A model generated the notes under the pieces. It was not told where the DNA came from, made no database searches, and worked only from the letters and a program-made list of their open reading frames with translations. From Candidatus Falkowbacteria bacterium UBA1359 (GTDB lineage: Bacteria; Patescibacteriota; Patescibacteriia; Patescibacteriales; Patescibacteriaceae), in NCBI GenBank assembly GCA_002306385.1, contig DBRV01000003.1, forward strand, positions 861 through 64,860: a stretch of 64,000 nt of DNA, read 5' to 3'. Both the position numbers and the translations under genes were made by a program. Below are positions 52,148-61,255 of the stretch, piece by piece. Position 1 is the first letter of the stretch. The number at the start of each line of letters is the position of its first letter.

Positions 52148-52936
52148 TTAAGGATTTTTGTGCAAGATTAACGGATAAATAATTAGCCATAAGCCAACAA
52201 GAATCATGAAGCAACTTATCCATTGTGGCCAGCGCCAACCTAAAAGGTATAGAGTAGGGTCTTGTCGCCAAAATTCTATGATAAAGCGGATTAGGCCATA
52301 ACCAATTAAATAAGTAGCTACAATATATTGTGCTTTGATAGTGTGACGATTTAGATAGTATAGGATGAGGGCTAATAGGCTACAAGCTATGGACTCGTAA
52401 AGAAATAGAGGATGGAAGTGGGTAGTGGTTAAATATTCTATGGGGCGGTAGACAACATCAATAGGTATGCCCCAGGGGCGATTAGTGGGTGGGCCAAACA
52501 ATTCTTGATTAAAAAAATTACCCCAGCGGCCGATAGCTTGTCCCAACGCCAAACCAGGCGTAAGCCAGCTAGCGACCTGCCAGGAAGGCCAATGTCGTTT
52601 ATGACAAGTAAGCAGTAGAGCTAAGCCACCACCAATAATGGCTCCATGAATTGCTAGGCCGCCTTCCCAGATTTTAACAATATCTATTAGATTATGGCTA
52701 TAATCAGGCCAGTGTATAATGACATGGTAAAGTCGGGCACCAATAACCCCACTAATGATAACGTTAAATGCTAGGTCTAATAAATCACTGGATTTCCAGT
52801 TATGTTTTTTAGCTAATGACCAGGTAAGATAGTACCCTATAACCATCGCTAAAACCATTATGAGGCCATACCAATAAAAATTTACTGGGCCAATACTAAA
52901 GATTACAGCTGAGGGTGGGTTATTGAGCCAATACAT
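52148..52936 (-). CDS. lgt: prolipoprotein diacylglyceryl transferase
   Basis: GLIMVLAMVIGY, GARLYHV, GGLAIHGAIIGG, GRWGNFFNQELFG and HPLFLYES. Confidence 0.9.
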   Translation of the reverse strand: MYWLNNPPSAVIFSIGPVNFYWYGLIMVLAMVIGYYLTWSLAKKHNWKSSDLLDLAFNVIISGVIGARLYHVIIHWPDYSHNLIDIVKIWEGGLAIHGAIIGGGLALLLTCHKRHWPSWQVASWLTPGLALGQAIGRWGNFFNQELFGPPTNRPWGIPIDVVYRPIEYLTTTHFHPLFLYESIACSLLALILYYLNRHTIKAQYIVATYLIGYGLIRFIIEFWRQDPTLYLLGWRWPQWISCFMILVGLWLIIYPLILHKNP

Positions 52937-53037
52937 AATTATAAATTAATAAAAGGCTGGACTTCTTTAATTATTATATAGGTTTTTTAATAAAGAAAAA
53001 AGGCCGATTTGTTTTTAATCGACCTCTGAAAAATCAA

Positions 53038-53469
53038 TCAATAAAAAGAATTTTTCCAATCAGGCCTCCACTCCTGATTGGTTTGAAATCTGACTTGCTT
53101 ATTGCTCAGATTTAAATCAAACAATTCAGATTTCAACTTTTTTTCATTGAGGGTATCCCCGATGATTAACTTAGCCCCATGCGCTGTGGCTAATTTATAA
53201 AAATCCAATACAGTTTTTGCGCTTGGGGGGTTTATCAACACAATATAATCTATTGTTTGGTCTTCTAGATAGGCATTAGCTAGATGGGCGGTCTCATAGC
53301 TAACATTATCAAGTCCTTCCCAGAAGACAGTGTTTATAGCCCCTCCATAGGCTATGTTGTTTTGCCCATCAATAATTAAATATTTCTTGGGCAATGCTAT
53401 CAACACTACTAGGGTGACTATTAGCATAGTCACCAGGGCTATTAATATTTTTTTTACTTTTTTTGGCAT
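53038..53469 (-). CDS. hypothetical membrane-anchored protein (143 aa) with unusually strong expression signals
   Basis: One N-terminal TM helix. SD AGGAGG lies 5 nt before the ATG. A consensus promoter lies upstream. Confidence 0.6.
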   Translation of the reverse strand: MPKKVKKILIALVTMLIVTLVVLIALPKKYLIIDGQNNIAYGGAINTVFWEGLDNVSYETAHLANAYLEDQTIDYIVLINPPSAKTVLDFYKLATAHGAKLIIGDTLNEKKLKSELFDLNLSNKQVRFQTNQEWRPDWKNSFY

Positions 53470-53504
53470 TTTTGCCTCCTTTTATTTTAAAGAACAGTTT
53501 TGTT

Positions 53505-53533
53505 ATTATACTATAATATATGCTATTTGTCAA
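53505..53533 (-). promoter_or_regulatory. perfect consensus sigma70 promoter TTGACA-17-TATAAT (minus strand)
   Basis: -35 at 53528-53533, -10 at 53505-53510, read as the reverse complement. Confidence 0.65.
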
Positions 53534-53598
53534 TAGCAATATATACATAATTTATTTTTTCTTTAGAATGGTCCTTATAATCTAATAAGTAATTGCCG

Positions 53599-55980
53599 TT
53601 ATTCCCTTTTCCGCGGTTTAAACTTAGCCAGAGCTATAGTAGTTTTTAGAACAGTATCAGGGTTAAGAGAGATGCTATCAATACCACAGGCTAACAGGAA
53701 TTTGGCAAATTCTGGGAAGTCGCTTGGTGCTTGACCGCAGATACCAACTTTAGTATGAGTTCGGTGACCAACTTCAATTAAAAATTGAATCAGAGATTTA
53801 ACTGAAGGGTTATTTTCATTAGATTGTCCAGCGATTTGTAAATTGCCAGCATCACGGTCAATGCCCAATGTTAACTGAGTTAGGTCATTAGAACCAATAG
53901 AAAAGCCATCAAAAACTTTGGCAAAATCGTTAGCTAGTAAAATATTAGTGGGAATTTCGGCCATAACATAGATTTCCAGTCCATCACGTCCTTGCTTAAG
54001 GCCATATTTAGCCATAGTTTTAATGACTAATTTACCTTCTTCAATGGTGCGGCAAAAGGGGACCATAATCTTTAAATTTTTGAGACCGAATTCTTCCCTG
54101 ACTTTCTTTAGAGCTAGACACTCTAGAGCGAAGGCTGGTTCAAATTTAGGATCATAATAGCGGCTAGCGCCACGCCAGCCGATCATGGGATTAGATTCTA
54201 CTGGTTCATAATCTTGGCCGCCAATTAAGTTAGCATATTCGTTAGTTTTAAAATCGGAAAGACGGACAATAACATCCTTAGGATAAAAGGCGGCGGCAAT
54301 AGTGCCTACACCTTGAGCTAATTTGTCAATAAAGAATTGTTTTTTGTCTGAATAGCCAATAGTTAATTCATCTATTTGTTTTTTAAGCTGAGGATCCTTA
54401 ATTTTATGATAATTAACTAGAGCTAGGGGGTGGATACGGATATAGTCATTAACAATAAACTCTTCTCTAGCTAGTCCGACACCATCATTGGGCAGGAAGG
54501 AATTAGCAAAAGCAATGTCTGGCGAACCGACATTAAGCATAATTTTGCAATCTGGTCGAGGTATTTTTTGAACATTGGTCTTTTTGATAGAAAAGGGGAT
54601 TTTACCTTCGTAGACAAAACCGACATCACCTTCAGCACAACTCACGGTTACGGTTTGGCCAGTAGATAATTTTTTGGTAGCATTGCCCGTGCCTACTATA
54701 CAAGGAATGCCTAACTCTCTAGACACAATAGCAGCATGACAAGTGCGGCCACCTTTATCGGTTATGATGGCGGCAGCCATTTTCATAATTGGCTCCCAGT
54801 CAGGATCAGTCATAGCGGTTACGAGGATTTGCCCGGGCTTAAATTTATTAATATCTTTAACATTAATAATCCGATTAACTATTCCTGCCCCGACACGGCT
54901 CCCCACACTGCGGCCCTCCACTAAAACTTTACCTCTTTTTTTAATGGTATATTCTTCCAGAATATTATAATCACGCTGGCTATTAACAGTCTCAGGGCGG
55001 GCTTGTACCATATATAGTTGGCCGTCTTGACCGTCTAGGGCCCACTCCATATCCATTGGTTTTTTATAATGTTGTTCTATAGCCATGCCCCAGCGTGCCA
55101 GAGTTTTTACTTGGTCATCGGAAATGGAAAATTTAAATTGGTCTTTTTTGGGTACCGGGATATTTTTAACTCGGGAAGTGGCTTTGGTTTTTAAGTCATA
55201 AACCATTTTTATTTTTTTCTCTCCCAGGGTTTTATCAATAATGGCGAGGGTTGGTTTAAAAACATAAAATTCATCAGGATTGACCCGGCCCTGGACAATA
55301 TTTTCTCCCAAGCCATAAATAGAATCAATAATTACTACATTAGAAAAACCAGTTTCCGTGTCAATAGTAAACATTATGCCTGACGAGCCCAGGTCACTGC
55401 GGATCATTTTTTGAATTCCGACAGACAAGGCAATAGAAAAATGGTCAAAATTTTTATCAACGCGGTAAGAAATAGCCCGGTCAGTAAATAGTGAGGCAAT
55501 ACATTTTTTAACAGCCATAAGGACATTGGCTTCTCCACTGACATTTAAATAGGTTTCTTGCTGGCCAGCAAAAGAAGCATCGGGTAAATCTTCGGCAGTA
55601 GCTGAAGAACGGACAGCCACGCTTAAATTTTTTGTTTTATAAAAACTGCTAAGCCGGTGGTAAGCGATAATAATTTCTTTTTGCAAATCTTTTGGTAGTT
55701 CAACTTTTAGGATAGCTTGCCTAGCTAGACGGCCTCGTCGAGCCAAGTCAGGAATATTATGAGTATCTAGGCCAGCTAAAATTCCTTCTAGCTTCTTTTG
55801 TACCCCCGAGGTTTTTAAAAAATAATAATAAGCGTCAGCCGTAGTGGCAAAACCATTAGGAATTCGAACCCCAGATTTAGTTAATTTTTGATACATTTCT
55901 CCGAGTGACGCATTTTTGCCACCCACAATAGGGACATCTTTAATGGTTATTTCATTAAAGAATTTAACATATTGGCTCAT
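53599..55980 (-). CDS. ppsA: phosphoenolpyruvate synthase (pyruvate, water dikinase)
   Basis: 793 aa with an ATP-grasp N-terminus (VGGKNASLGEM), the phosphohistidine swivel GGRTCHAAIVSRELGIPC, and a C-terminal PEP-utilising TIM domain. Confidence 0.9.
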   Translation of the reverse strand: MSQYVKFFNEITIKDVPIVGGKNASLGEMYQKLTKSGVRIPNGFATTADAYYYFLKTSGVQKKLEGILAGLDTHNIPDLARRGRLARQAILKVELPKDLQKEIIIAYHRLSSFYKTKNLSVAVRSSATAEDLPDASFAGQQETYLNVSGEANVLMAVKKCIASLFTDRAISYRVDKNFDHFSIALSVGIQKMIRSDLGSSGIMFTIDTETGFSNVVIIDSIYGLGENIVQGRVNPDEFYVFKPTLAIIDKTLGEKKIKMVYDLKTKATSRVKNIPVPKKDQFKFSISDDQVKTLARWGMAIEQHYKKPMDMEWALDGQDGQLYMVQARPETVNSQRDYNILEEYTIKKRGKVLVEGRSVGSRVGAGIVNRIINVKDINKFKPGQILVTAMTDPDWEPIMKMAAAIITDKGGRTCHAAIVSRELGIPCIVGTGNATKKLSTGQTVTVSCAEGDVGFVYEGKIPFSIKKTNVQKIPRPDCKIMLNVGSPDIAFANSFLPNDGVGLAREEFIVNDYIRIHPLALVNYHKIKDPQLKKQIDELTIGYSDKKQFFIDKLAQGVGTIAAAFYPKDVIVRLSDFKTNEYANLIGGQDYEPVESNPMIGWRGASRYYDPKFEPAFALECLALKKVREEFGLKNLKIMVPFCRTIEEGKLVIKTMAKYGLKQGRDGLEIYVMAEIPTNILLANDFAKVFDGFSIGSNDLTQLTLGIDRDAGNLQIAGQSNENNPSVKSLIQFLIEVGHRTHTKVGICGQAPSDFPEFAKFLLACGIDSISLNPDTVLKTTIALAKFKPRKRE

Positions 55981-56077
55981 GTTTTTGTTGGCGCCTCGTC
56001 TAAATTGAGGAGGCTAATTATAATAATTAATATTGTTAGTGATAACTATTGTGAAATTATAGCATGGAATAGCAGTC

Positions 56078-56106
56078 TTGACAAAAGACTATTTTTACCT
56101 GACAAT
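56078..56106 (+). promoter_or_regulatory. promoter TTGACA-17-GACAAT upstream of tRNA-Leu
   Basis: -35 at 56078-56083, -10 at 56101-56106, 20 nt before the tRNA. Confidence 0.5.
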
Positions 56107-56126
56107 AGCTTATTAGCTAAATTTAG

Positions 56127-56208
56127 GCAGGCGTGGTGAAATTGGTAGACACGCATGCTTTAGGAGCATGTGGAGCAATCCATGTGGGTTCAAGTCCCGC
56201 CGCCTGCA
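56127..56208 (+). tRNA. tRNA-Leu(TAG)
   Basis: Hand fold: acceptor GCAGGCG/CGCCTGC, anticodon stem CATGC/GCATG, loop TTTAGGA, a long variable arm, T-arm GTGGG-TTCAAGT-CCCGC, discriminator A. Confidence 0.85.
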
Positions 56209-56216
56209 CTGAGACT

Positions 56217-57419
56217 ATGTTAAATTTTGAAGAAACAATCTTACAGACCATCAAGCAAGCCCATCATGTTTTAGTAGCTGCTGATATTAAAAGTACTCCT
56301 AGCAATGGTGCGGCAGCTACAGCCCTAGTTAGTGGGTTGAGGCAGGCTGGTATTCAGGCTGACTTTGTAGCTAATGCCTCACTTGATGCTAGTTGGTCGG
56401 TATTGGGATCAATTATTCAGCCTAACCTGGAATTACCCAGCGAGGATTTTATTATTAGCTTAAACTTAAGTCGCACTAAAGTTGGCCAGGTAAAATATAA
56501 AATTGAAGGTGATAAATTAAAATTTTTTGTTAAGCCCAATGGTGGTCAATTCACCGAAGAAGATGTAGAGTTAATTTTTGGCCGTCCGCCTTATGATTTG
56601 ATAATTACCATAGGGGTGGCCGCTCCTGAAGTACTGGGTGAAATATATAATCAAAATTCTGGTTTATTTTATCAGACACCAATAATTAACATAGATTGTC
56701 AGGTAGATAATGAAAATTACGGTCAAGTTAATTTGGTAGACTTAGTGGCTAGTTCGACGGCTGAGATTGTTTATGATTTATTTCGAGCTCTAGATTGGCA
56801 CATAGATGCTGATGTGGCTACTTATTTATTAGCAGGGTTAATTTATGAAACTAAAAATTTTACCAATACTAAGGCAACACCCCAAGTATTAGTAGCAGCT
56901 GCGAATTTAATTAAAGAAGGGGCACGACGTGAGGCTATTGTTAATGAGTGGTATGCTTCTGTTGAACTCTCAACCTTGCATTTGTGGGGTAAAATTTTAT
57001 TAAATCTGGAACAAACCGAAGATGGTTTAGTTTGGTCTAAATTGGATAGTAATGAGGTTGTACCTTCTGTGTCTTTAATCCGTCAGGCTATTGAGCGATT
57101 GTTAATTGGTCTGCAAGATGCTAAAGTAATAGCAGTTTTTTATAACCTGGCCTCAGCTCAGCCAACTGTTTCTCTGTCACTGCTAAAGAACCAGGGATCT
57201 CTTAAAGAAGTTAATAAATCATTAGAGCGGGCTAGCTCAGAAACTGGGACAGGGGTAGTAGTTTATGCGACTGGAGCCATTAATCTTCAGTCTTGGTTAC
57301 AAGACTTTAGTCCAGTAGGCTCAGAACATTTTGTGACTTTCACTAGCAATTTGCCTCTTTCATCTACCATGGAATTAATTTTGCCAATTTTAAGCCAACG
57401 ATTAGCTGAGATAAAATAA
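56217..57419 (+). CDS. DHH-family-like protein with degenerate catalytic motifs
   Basis: The layout resembles NrnA-type proteins, but I see no DHH or GGGH motif. Start moved to ATG 56217 because the track start at 56133 lies inside tRNA-Leu. Confidence 0.45.
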   Translation: MLNFEETILQTIKQAHHVLVAADIKSTPSNGAAATALVSGLRQAGIQADFVANASLDASWSVLGSIIQPNLELPSEDFIISLNLSRTKVGQVKYKIEGDKLKFFVKPNGGQFTEEDVELIFGRPPYDLIITIGVAAPEVLGEIYNQNSGLFYQTPIINIDCQVDNENYGQVNLVDLVASSTAEIVYDLFRALDWHIDADVATYLLAGLIYETKNFTNTKATPQVLVAAANLIKEGARREAIVNEWYASVELSTLHLWGKILLNLEQTEDGLVWSKLDSNEVVPSVSLIRQAIERLLIGLQDAKVIAVFYNLASAQPTVSLSLLKNQGSLKEVNKSLERASSETGTGVVVYATGAINLQSWLQDFSPVGSEHFVTFTSNLPLSSTMELILPILSQRLAEIK

Positions 57420-57426
57420 ATAGTAA

Positions 57427-57499
57427 GCGCTCGTAGCTCAGCGGTTAGAGCATCGCTCTTATAAAGCGGGGGTCGATGGTTCAAATCCATCCGGGCGCA
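57427..57499 (+). tRNA. tRNA-Ile(TAT)
   Basis: Hand fold: acceptor GCGCTCG/CGGGCGC, D-arm GCTC-AGCGGTTA-GAGC, anticodon stem TCGCT/AGCGG, loop CTTATAA (anticodon at 57460-57462), T-arm GATGG-TTCAAAT-CCATC, discriminator A. Confidence 0.75.
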
Positions 57500-57527
57500 C
57501 CTAGGCGGGGTATAAATTTTGTTATGG

Positions 57528-57556
57528 TTGACAATGGGAGTATAAATTCTTACAAT
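57528..57556 (+). promoter_or_regulatory. promoter TTGACA-17-TACAAT upstream of tRNA-Val
   Basis: -35 at 57528-57533, -10 at 57551-57556, 12 nt before the tRNA. Confidence 0.6.
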
Positions 57557-57568
57557 AAACCTTACCAA

Positions 57569-57642
<74 letters not shown>

Positions 57643-57647
57643 CCTAT

Positions 57648-58832
57648 CTAAGATATGCCTTTAGCTTTAGAGAGCCAATAGGCTAGTCCACCAATCACCC
57701 CAGCAATTAATAAACCCCCTAGCCAAGTAAATGGCGAGATAGTCTTGGTGGTAGTTGAAGTACTTAAATCTAGGGTAGTAGTAGCTGAAGTAGTAGTTGG
57801 CTGAATAATTTTTTGGACGTCACTTAATTGACGAGGCACGAGACGTCGGCCATTATTGTCTATGATTAAACCGATTATTCTATATTTTTCTCCCACGGTA
57901 AAATTACTATTTTTTAGTTCCGTACCAGTTTTTAATTGAATTAACACTTCGCCAAAATCATCAGTTAAATAAATAGTCGACTGATTTTTAGCCGCTACTT
58001 TTCCTTTAATAGCGACTAATTGTCCAGGCAGTAAACCATTAATATCTGAAGTAGTGATTTCTTTAATCTTTAGTTGATGATTACTAGATATTACTTTAAT
58101 GTCTTGTGGACCCTTAATATTTAGTTTAGTTTCTTGGGTGGTTGAGACTAGAGTGCCACTTACTTCAATTAAATCACCAAGCTGAAGTTGGGGCCATAGT
58201 TTATAATAGCAGTAAATTTTTAGTCCGCCCGTATTGTCTGGAGAAGTAATATAAAAATATTGGCTAGAAAGTTGGTAAGGTAAGGCACTAACTATGCCCT
58301 GTACTTTATCTAAAGTGCTTGTTGCTTTACTAATTGGAGAGGTAATAGTTTCGGACGTTGCCGGAGTGGTGGAGTTTAGACTAACAGTGGTATCTAGCCA
58401 CTTCCAGCCATCTCCCTCAAGGCGGTAAATGGCACCACTAGGAGCCTTGGTATAGCTTAGAGAATCCACTAGAGTGCCATCAGGTTGCCAAAGATATAAA
58501 GATTCGGCGTCGTTATTAAGACTTATACCTAGTGTTTTAGTTTCCAGATGCCAAGTTTGACCTGGGCCAAGAATATAGTCTGGCAGGAGGCTAGGATTGT
58601 CGCGCTTAGCTTCGTCGGAAATATGCCAGCCAGCCGAGCTTACATTTTCTTGGCTTACATTAATAATTTCCAGGTATTCTTTTTCACCCGTAGCTGGTCG
58701 GGGTAAGAGCTCATGAAATATTAAAGTTTGCGCCTGAACATAAAAGGGCAGGCAATAATTACTGGTGATGAGCCAGATTAATAAGATTTTTTTTCGGCCA
58801 AGAATTAGCCGAAACCCCTCCTTAATAGTCAT
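57648..58832 (-). CDS. secreted lamin-tail-domain (LTD) plus OB-fold protein with a C-terminal TM anchor
   Basis: IFHELLPRPATGEKEYLEIINVSQENVSSAGWHISDE is the LTD pattern. It is followed by an OB-like segment (VQGIVSALPY...GDLIEVSGTL), a Thr-rich linker and the TM helix WLGGLLIAGVIGGLAYWL. Confidence 0.65.
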   Translation of the reverse strand: MTIKEGFRLILGRKKILLIWLITSNYCLPFYVQAQTLIFHELLPRPATGEKEYLEIINVSQENVSSAGWHISDEAKRDNPSLLPDYILGPGQTWHLETKTLGISLNNDAESLYLWQPDGTLVDSLSYTKAPSGAIYRLEGDGWKWLDTTVSLNSTTPATSETITSPISKATSTLDKVQGIVSALPYQLSSQYFYITSPDNTGGLKIYCYYKLWPQLQLGDLIEVSGTLVSTTQETKLNIKGPQDIKVISSNHQLKIKEITTSDINGLLPGQLVAIKGKVAAKNQSTIYLTDDFGEVLIQLKTGTELKNSNFTVGEKYRIIGLIIDNNGRRLVPRQLSDVQKIIQPTTTSATTTLDLSTSTTTKTISPFTWLGGLLIAGVIGGLAYWLSKAKGIS

Positions 58833-58848
58833 ATATTTAAGTTAAAAA

Positions 58849-59925
58849 TTAAGCTAGTTCTTTTTTAAATAGATCCACCCAGGGTATTTTAGCTGGATCT
58901 ACTCCATTAAGTAGGCCAAGATAATAGCTTAGCCAGCTGCCAAAAGCTAGGATCTCTAAAGCTGTACCCAGATGGCTAGAAGACTTAGCCTCATAAGTTA
59001 GTACTGGTAATTTATTTTGTTTAAAGATTTTATCAGTAAGATAAAGCCGTCGTTCTAAACGCTGAGGTAATCCTTTAACTTTAAAAGAGAGGATAATTAT
59101 GGTGTCGGGTAAGTTGGGAGGAAAGGATAGCCCTTCCATAGCATAGTGGTTTAATTCCGGAACAGTTAAATAATTCGCTAGATTTTTGGCTGTTTCATTT
59201 AATTGGTTGCGTAAAATATGAAGATTGCCGTTAAGACAGTCTGGGCCGACTAGCCAGATTTGGCGGCCATATAATTTCGTAGCCAATTTTTTAGCCTTAT
59301 TTTTATTAGTGGGTTTTTCTGGTAGCCAGGTTTCATTAAGTTTGGCCAAATCTTTTACTAATTGCCGAGCAGTTTTTAAATCAAAAGGGTAAAGTTCTAA
59401 TTGATATAGTAGTCCCAACAGTCCAAAAGTAGCATAACCTAAACCCAGACGAGGTTGTCCGCAAGGATTGTAGCGGGGGTCAAAAATATAAGCTGGCCAA
59501 TTATTGTGGCGAGCTAGATGAGCTAAGGGATTATTAGGAGAGTCAGCAGTAATGGCGGCTATTTGACAGTGCCGTTTTTTAAGTTCTGGGACAACACTTA
59601 GTGGTTCTTCGGTGGTACCCGAATAACTACTAACAATATAGAGAGTTTCGCGATCAATATAGCCAGGGACAGTATATCCTGGTTCGATCAATAGGGGCAA
59701 GGGTAATGTCTCAGCTAAACTTGAAGCAACAAGGCGGGCTCCTAAATTAGAGCCACCCATGCCATTAACAACAATTTTATTAATTGGCCTAGATAATTTA
59801 AGTTTAGGCTGTTTTTTAATATCGTCTAGGACTTGAGTTAATTGTTTAGGCAGTAAAGCAATAGACTCGCCAACTTGCTGGCTATCTAGAGTCAGGCGTT
59901 TAGTAGGATTATCTAAAATAGACAT
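58849..59925 (-). CDS. SIS-domain bifunctional phosphoglucose/phosphomannose isomerase-like
   Basis: VVNGMGGSNLGARL and IVSSYSGTTEE are SIS motifs. Size is typical of archaeal-type PGI/PMI. Confidence 0.65.
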   Translation of the reverse strand: MSILDNPTKRLTLDSQQVGESIALLPKQLTQVLDDIKKQPKLKLSRPINKIVVNGMGGSNLGARLVASSLAETLPLPLLIEPGYTVPGYIDRETLYIVSSYSGTTEEPLSVVPELKKRHCQIAAITADSPNNPLAHLARHNNWPAYIFDPRYNPCGQPRLGLGYATFGLLGLLYQLELYPFDLKTARQLVKDLAKLNETWLPEKPTNKNKAKKLATKLYGRQIWLVGPDCLNGNLHILRNQLNETAKNLANYLTVPELNHYAMEGLSFPPNLPDTIIILSFKVKGLPQRLERRLYLTDKIFKQNKLPVLTYEAKSSSHLGTALEILAFGSWLSYYLGLLNGVDPAKIPWVDLFKKELA

Positions 59926-60025
59926 ATTTAGTAATTATTGAGTCTTATTATTATAGCAAGATTATTGCTCTTTATCAAAAAGTGTGATAACTTATTATTA
60001 AGCTTATTACTATTCAAAGATTTTT

Positions 60026-60757
60026 ATGTCTGGACATTCTAAATGGGCGACCACTAAACGTCAAAAGGCTGTAGTGGATGCAAAACGTGGCGCTATTTTT
60101 ACTAAACTTAGCAATTTAATTAGTATTGCGGCTCGTGATAAAGGTGGAGACCCTGATACCAACTTTACTTTACGGCTGGCCATTGAAAAGGCCAAGCAGG
60201 CCAACATGCCTAAAGAAAATATTGAGCGAGCAATTAAACGAGGCACTGGTGAAGCTGAGGGACAGCAAATTGAGGAATTAATTTATGAGGGCAAAGGACC
60301 AGCTGGCAGTCAGTTTATTATTAAATGTCTGACTGATAATCGTAATCGAACTGCTGCTACTATTCGTCATCTTTTTTCTAGGGTAGGTGGTAATTTAGCA
60401 CCGGTGGCGTGGAATTTTAATCCTCGTGGGGTTATCCAAATAGCCAATGAATCTTTAAATGGTAAAATTAGTGATTGGGATGATTTCGAGTTGCAACTTA
60501 TTGATCAAGGAGCAGAAGATATTTTTAAAGAAGATGAAGGTATTACTATCTATACTAAGCCTGAGGATTTACAGAAAGTTAAGACTTTTTTAGAAGGCTT
60601 AGCTATTAATACTGAAGTAGCCGAATTACAGCAAGTAGCTAAAGAAAAAATCATTATCCAAGATCCTGCTGACAAAGAAAAATTAGAAGGTTTTATTGAA
60701 TCACTGGAAGATTGTGAGGATGTTAGTGATTATTATACTAATGCTGAATGGGACTAA
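60026..60757 (+). CDS. yebC: YebC/PmpR family DNA-binding regulator
   Basis: MSGHSKWATTKRQKAVVDAKRG... and YEGKGPAG. Confidence 0.9.
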   Translation: MSGHSKWATTKRQKAVVDAKRGAIFTKLSNLISIAARDKGGDPDTNFTLRLAIEKAKQANMPKENIERAIKRGTGEAEGQQIEELIYEGKGPAGSQFIIKCLTDNRNRTAATIRHLFSRVGGNLAPVAWNFNPRGVIQIANESLNGKISDWDDFELQLIDQGAEDIFKEDEGITIYTKPEDLQKVKTFLEGLAINTEVAELQQVAKEKIIIQDPADKEKLEGFIESLEDCEDVSDYYTNAEWD

Positions 60758-61251
60758 CAGCTCAACAACGTATTATTGTGGGATTTGACCCTGGCCTAGC
60801 TGACACTGGTTTTGGGGTAATTAAGGTTCAGGGAGATAGACTTACTTGTCTGGCCTATGGTTCGTTAAGGACGCCAGCCAAGGTAAATTTATCTAAGAGG
60901 CTTTCACTGCTATATCAAAAGGTGCAGGAAGTGTTAGAGAAATATAAACCAGATTTAGTGGGTATTGAACAATTGTTTTTTTGCCGTAATGTCACAACTG
61001 CTTTTGGGGTAGGTCAAGCTCGGGGAGTAGTAATGCTGGCTATTGGCCAGCGCTCTATTCCTTATTTAGAATTTACACCTTTGCAAGTAAAACAAGCAGT
61101 AGTTGGTTATGGCCAGGGAAATAAGCAACAAGTTCAAAAAATGGTTAAATTAATACTTAATCTTCAGGCTATTCCTAAACCAGATGATGCAGCTGATGGT
61201 CTTGCCATAGCACTATGTGCCGCTCAGAGCCGGACAACCTTATTAGTTTAA
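60748..61251 (+). CDS. ruvC: Holliday junction resolvase RuvC
   Basis: IIVGFDPGLADTGFGVI, GIEQLFF, and DAADGLAIALC. Canonical yebC-ruvC linkage. Confidence 0.9.
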   Translation: MGLTAQQRIIVGFDPGLADTGFGVIKVQGDRLTCLAYGSLRTPAKVNLSKRLSLLYQKVQEVLEKYKPDLVGIEQLFFCRNVTTAFGVGQARGVVMLAIGQRSIPYLEFTPLQVKQAVVGYGQGNKQQVQKMVKLILNLQAIPKPDDAADGLAIALCAAQSRTTLLV

Positions 61252-61255
61252 TTTT

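Noticed and set aside
56133-56216. N-terminal 28 codons of the 56133 ORF.
   Set aside because: They lie inside tRNA-Leu(TAG). The internal ATG at 56217 is the plausible start.
57287-57568. 93-aa minus-strand ORF.
   Set aside because: It runs antisense across tRNA-Ile and the tRNA-Val promoter. It has no coding signal.
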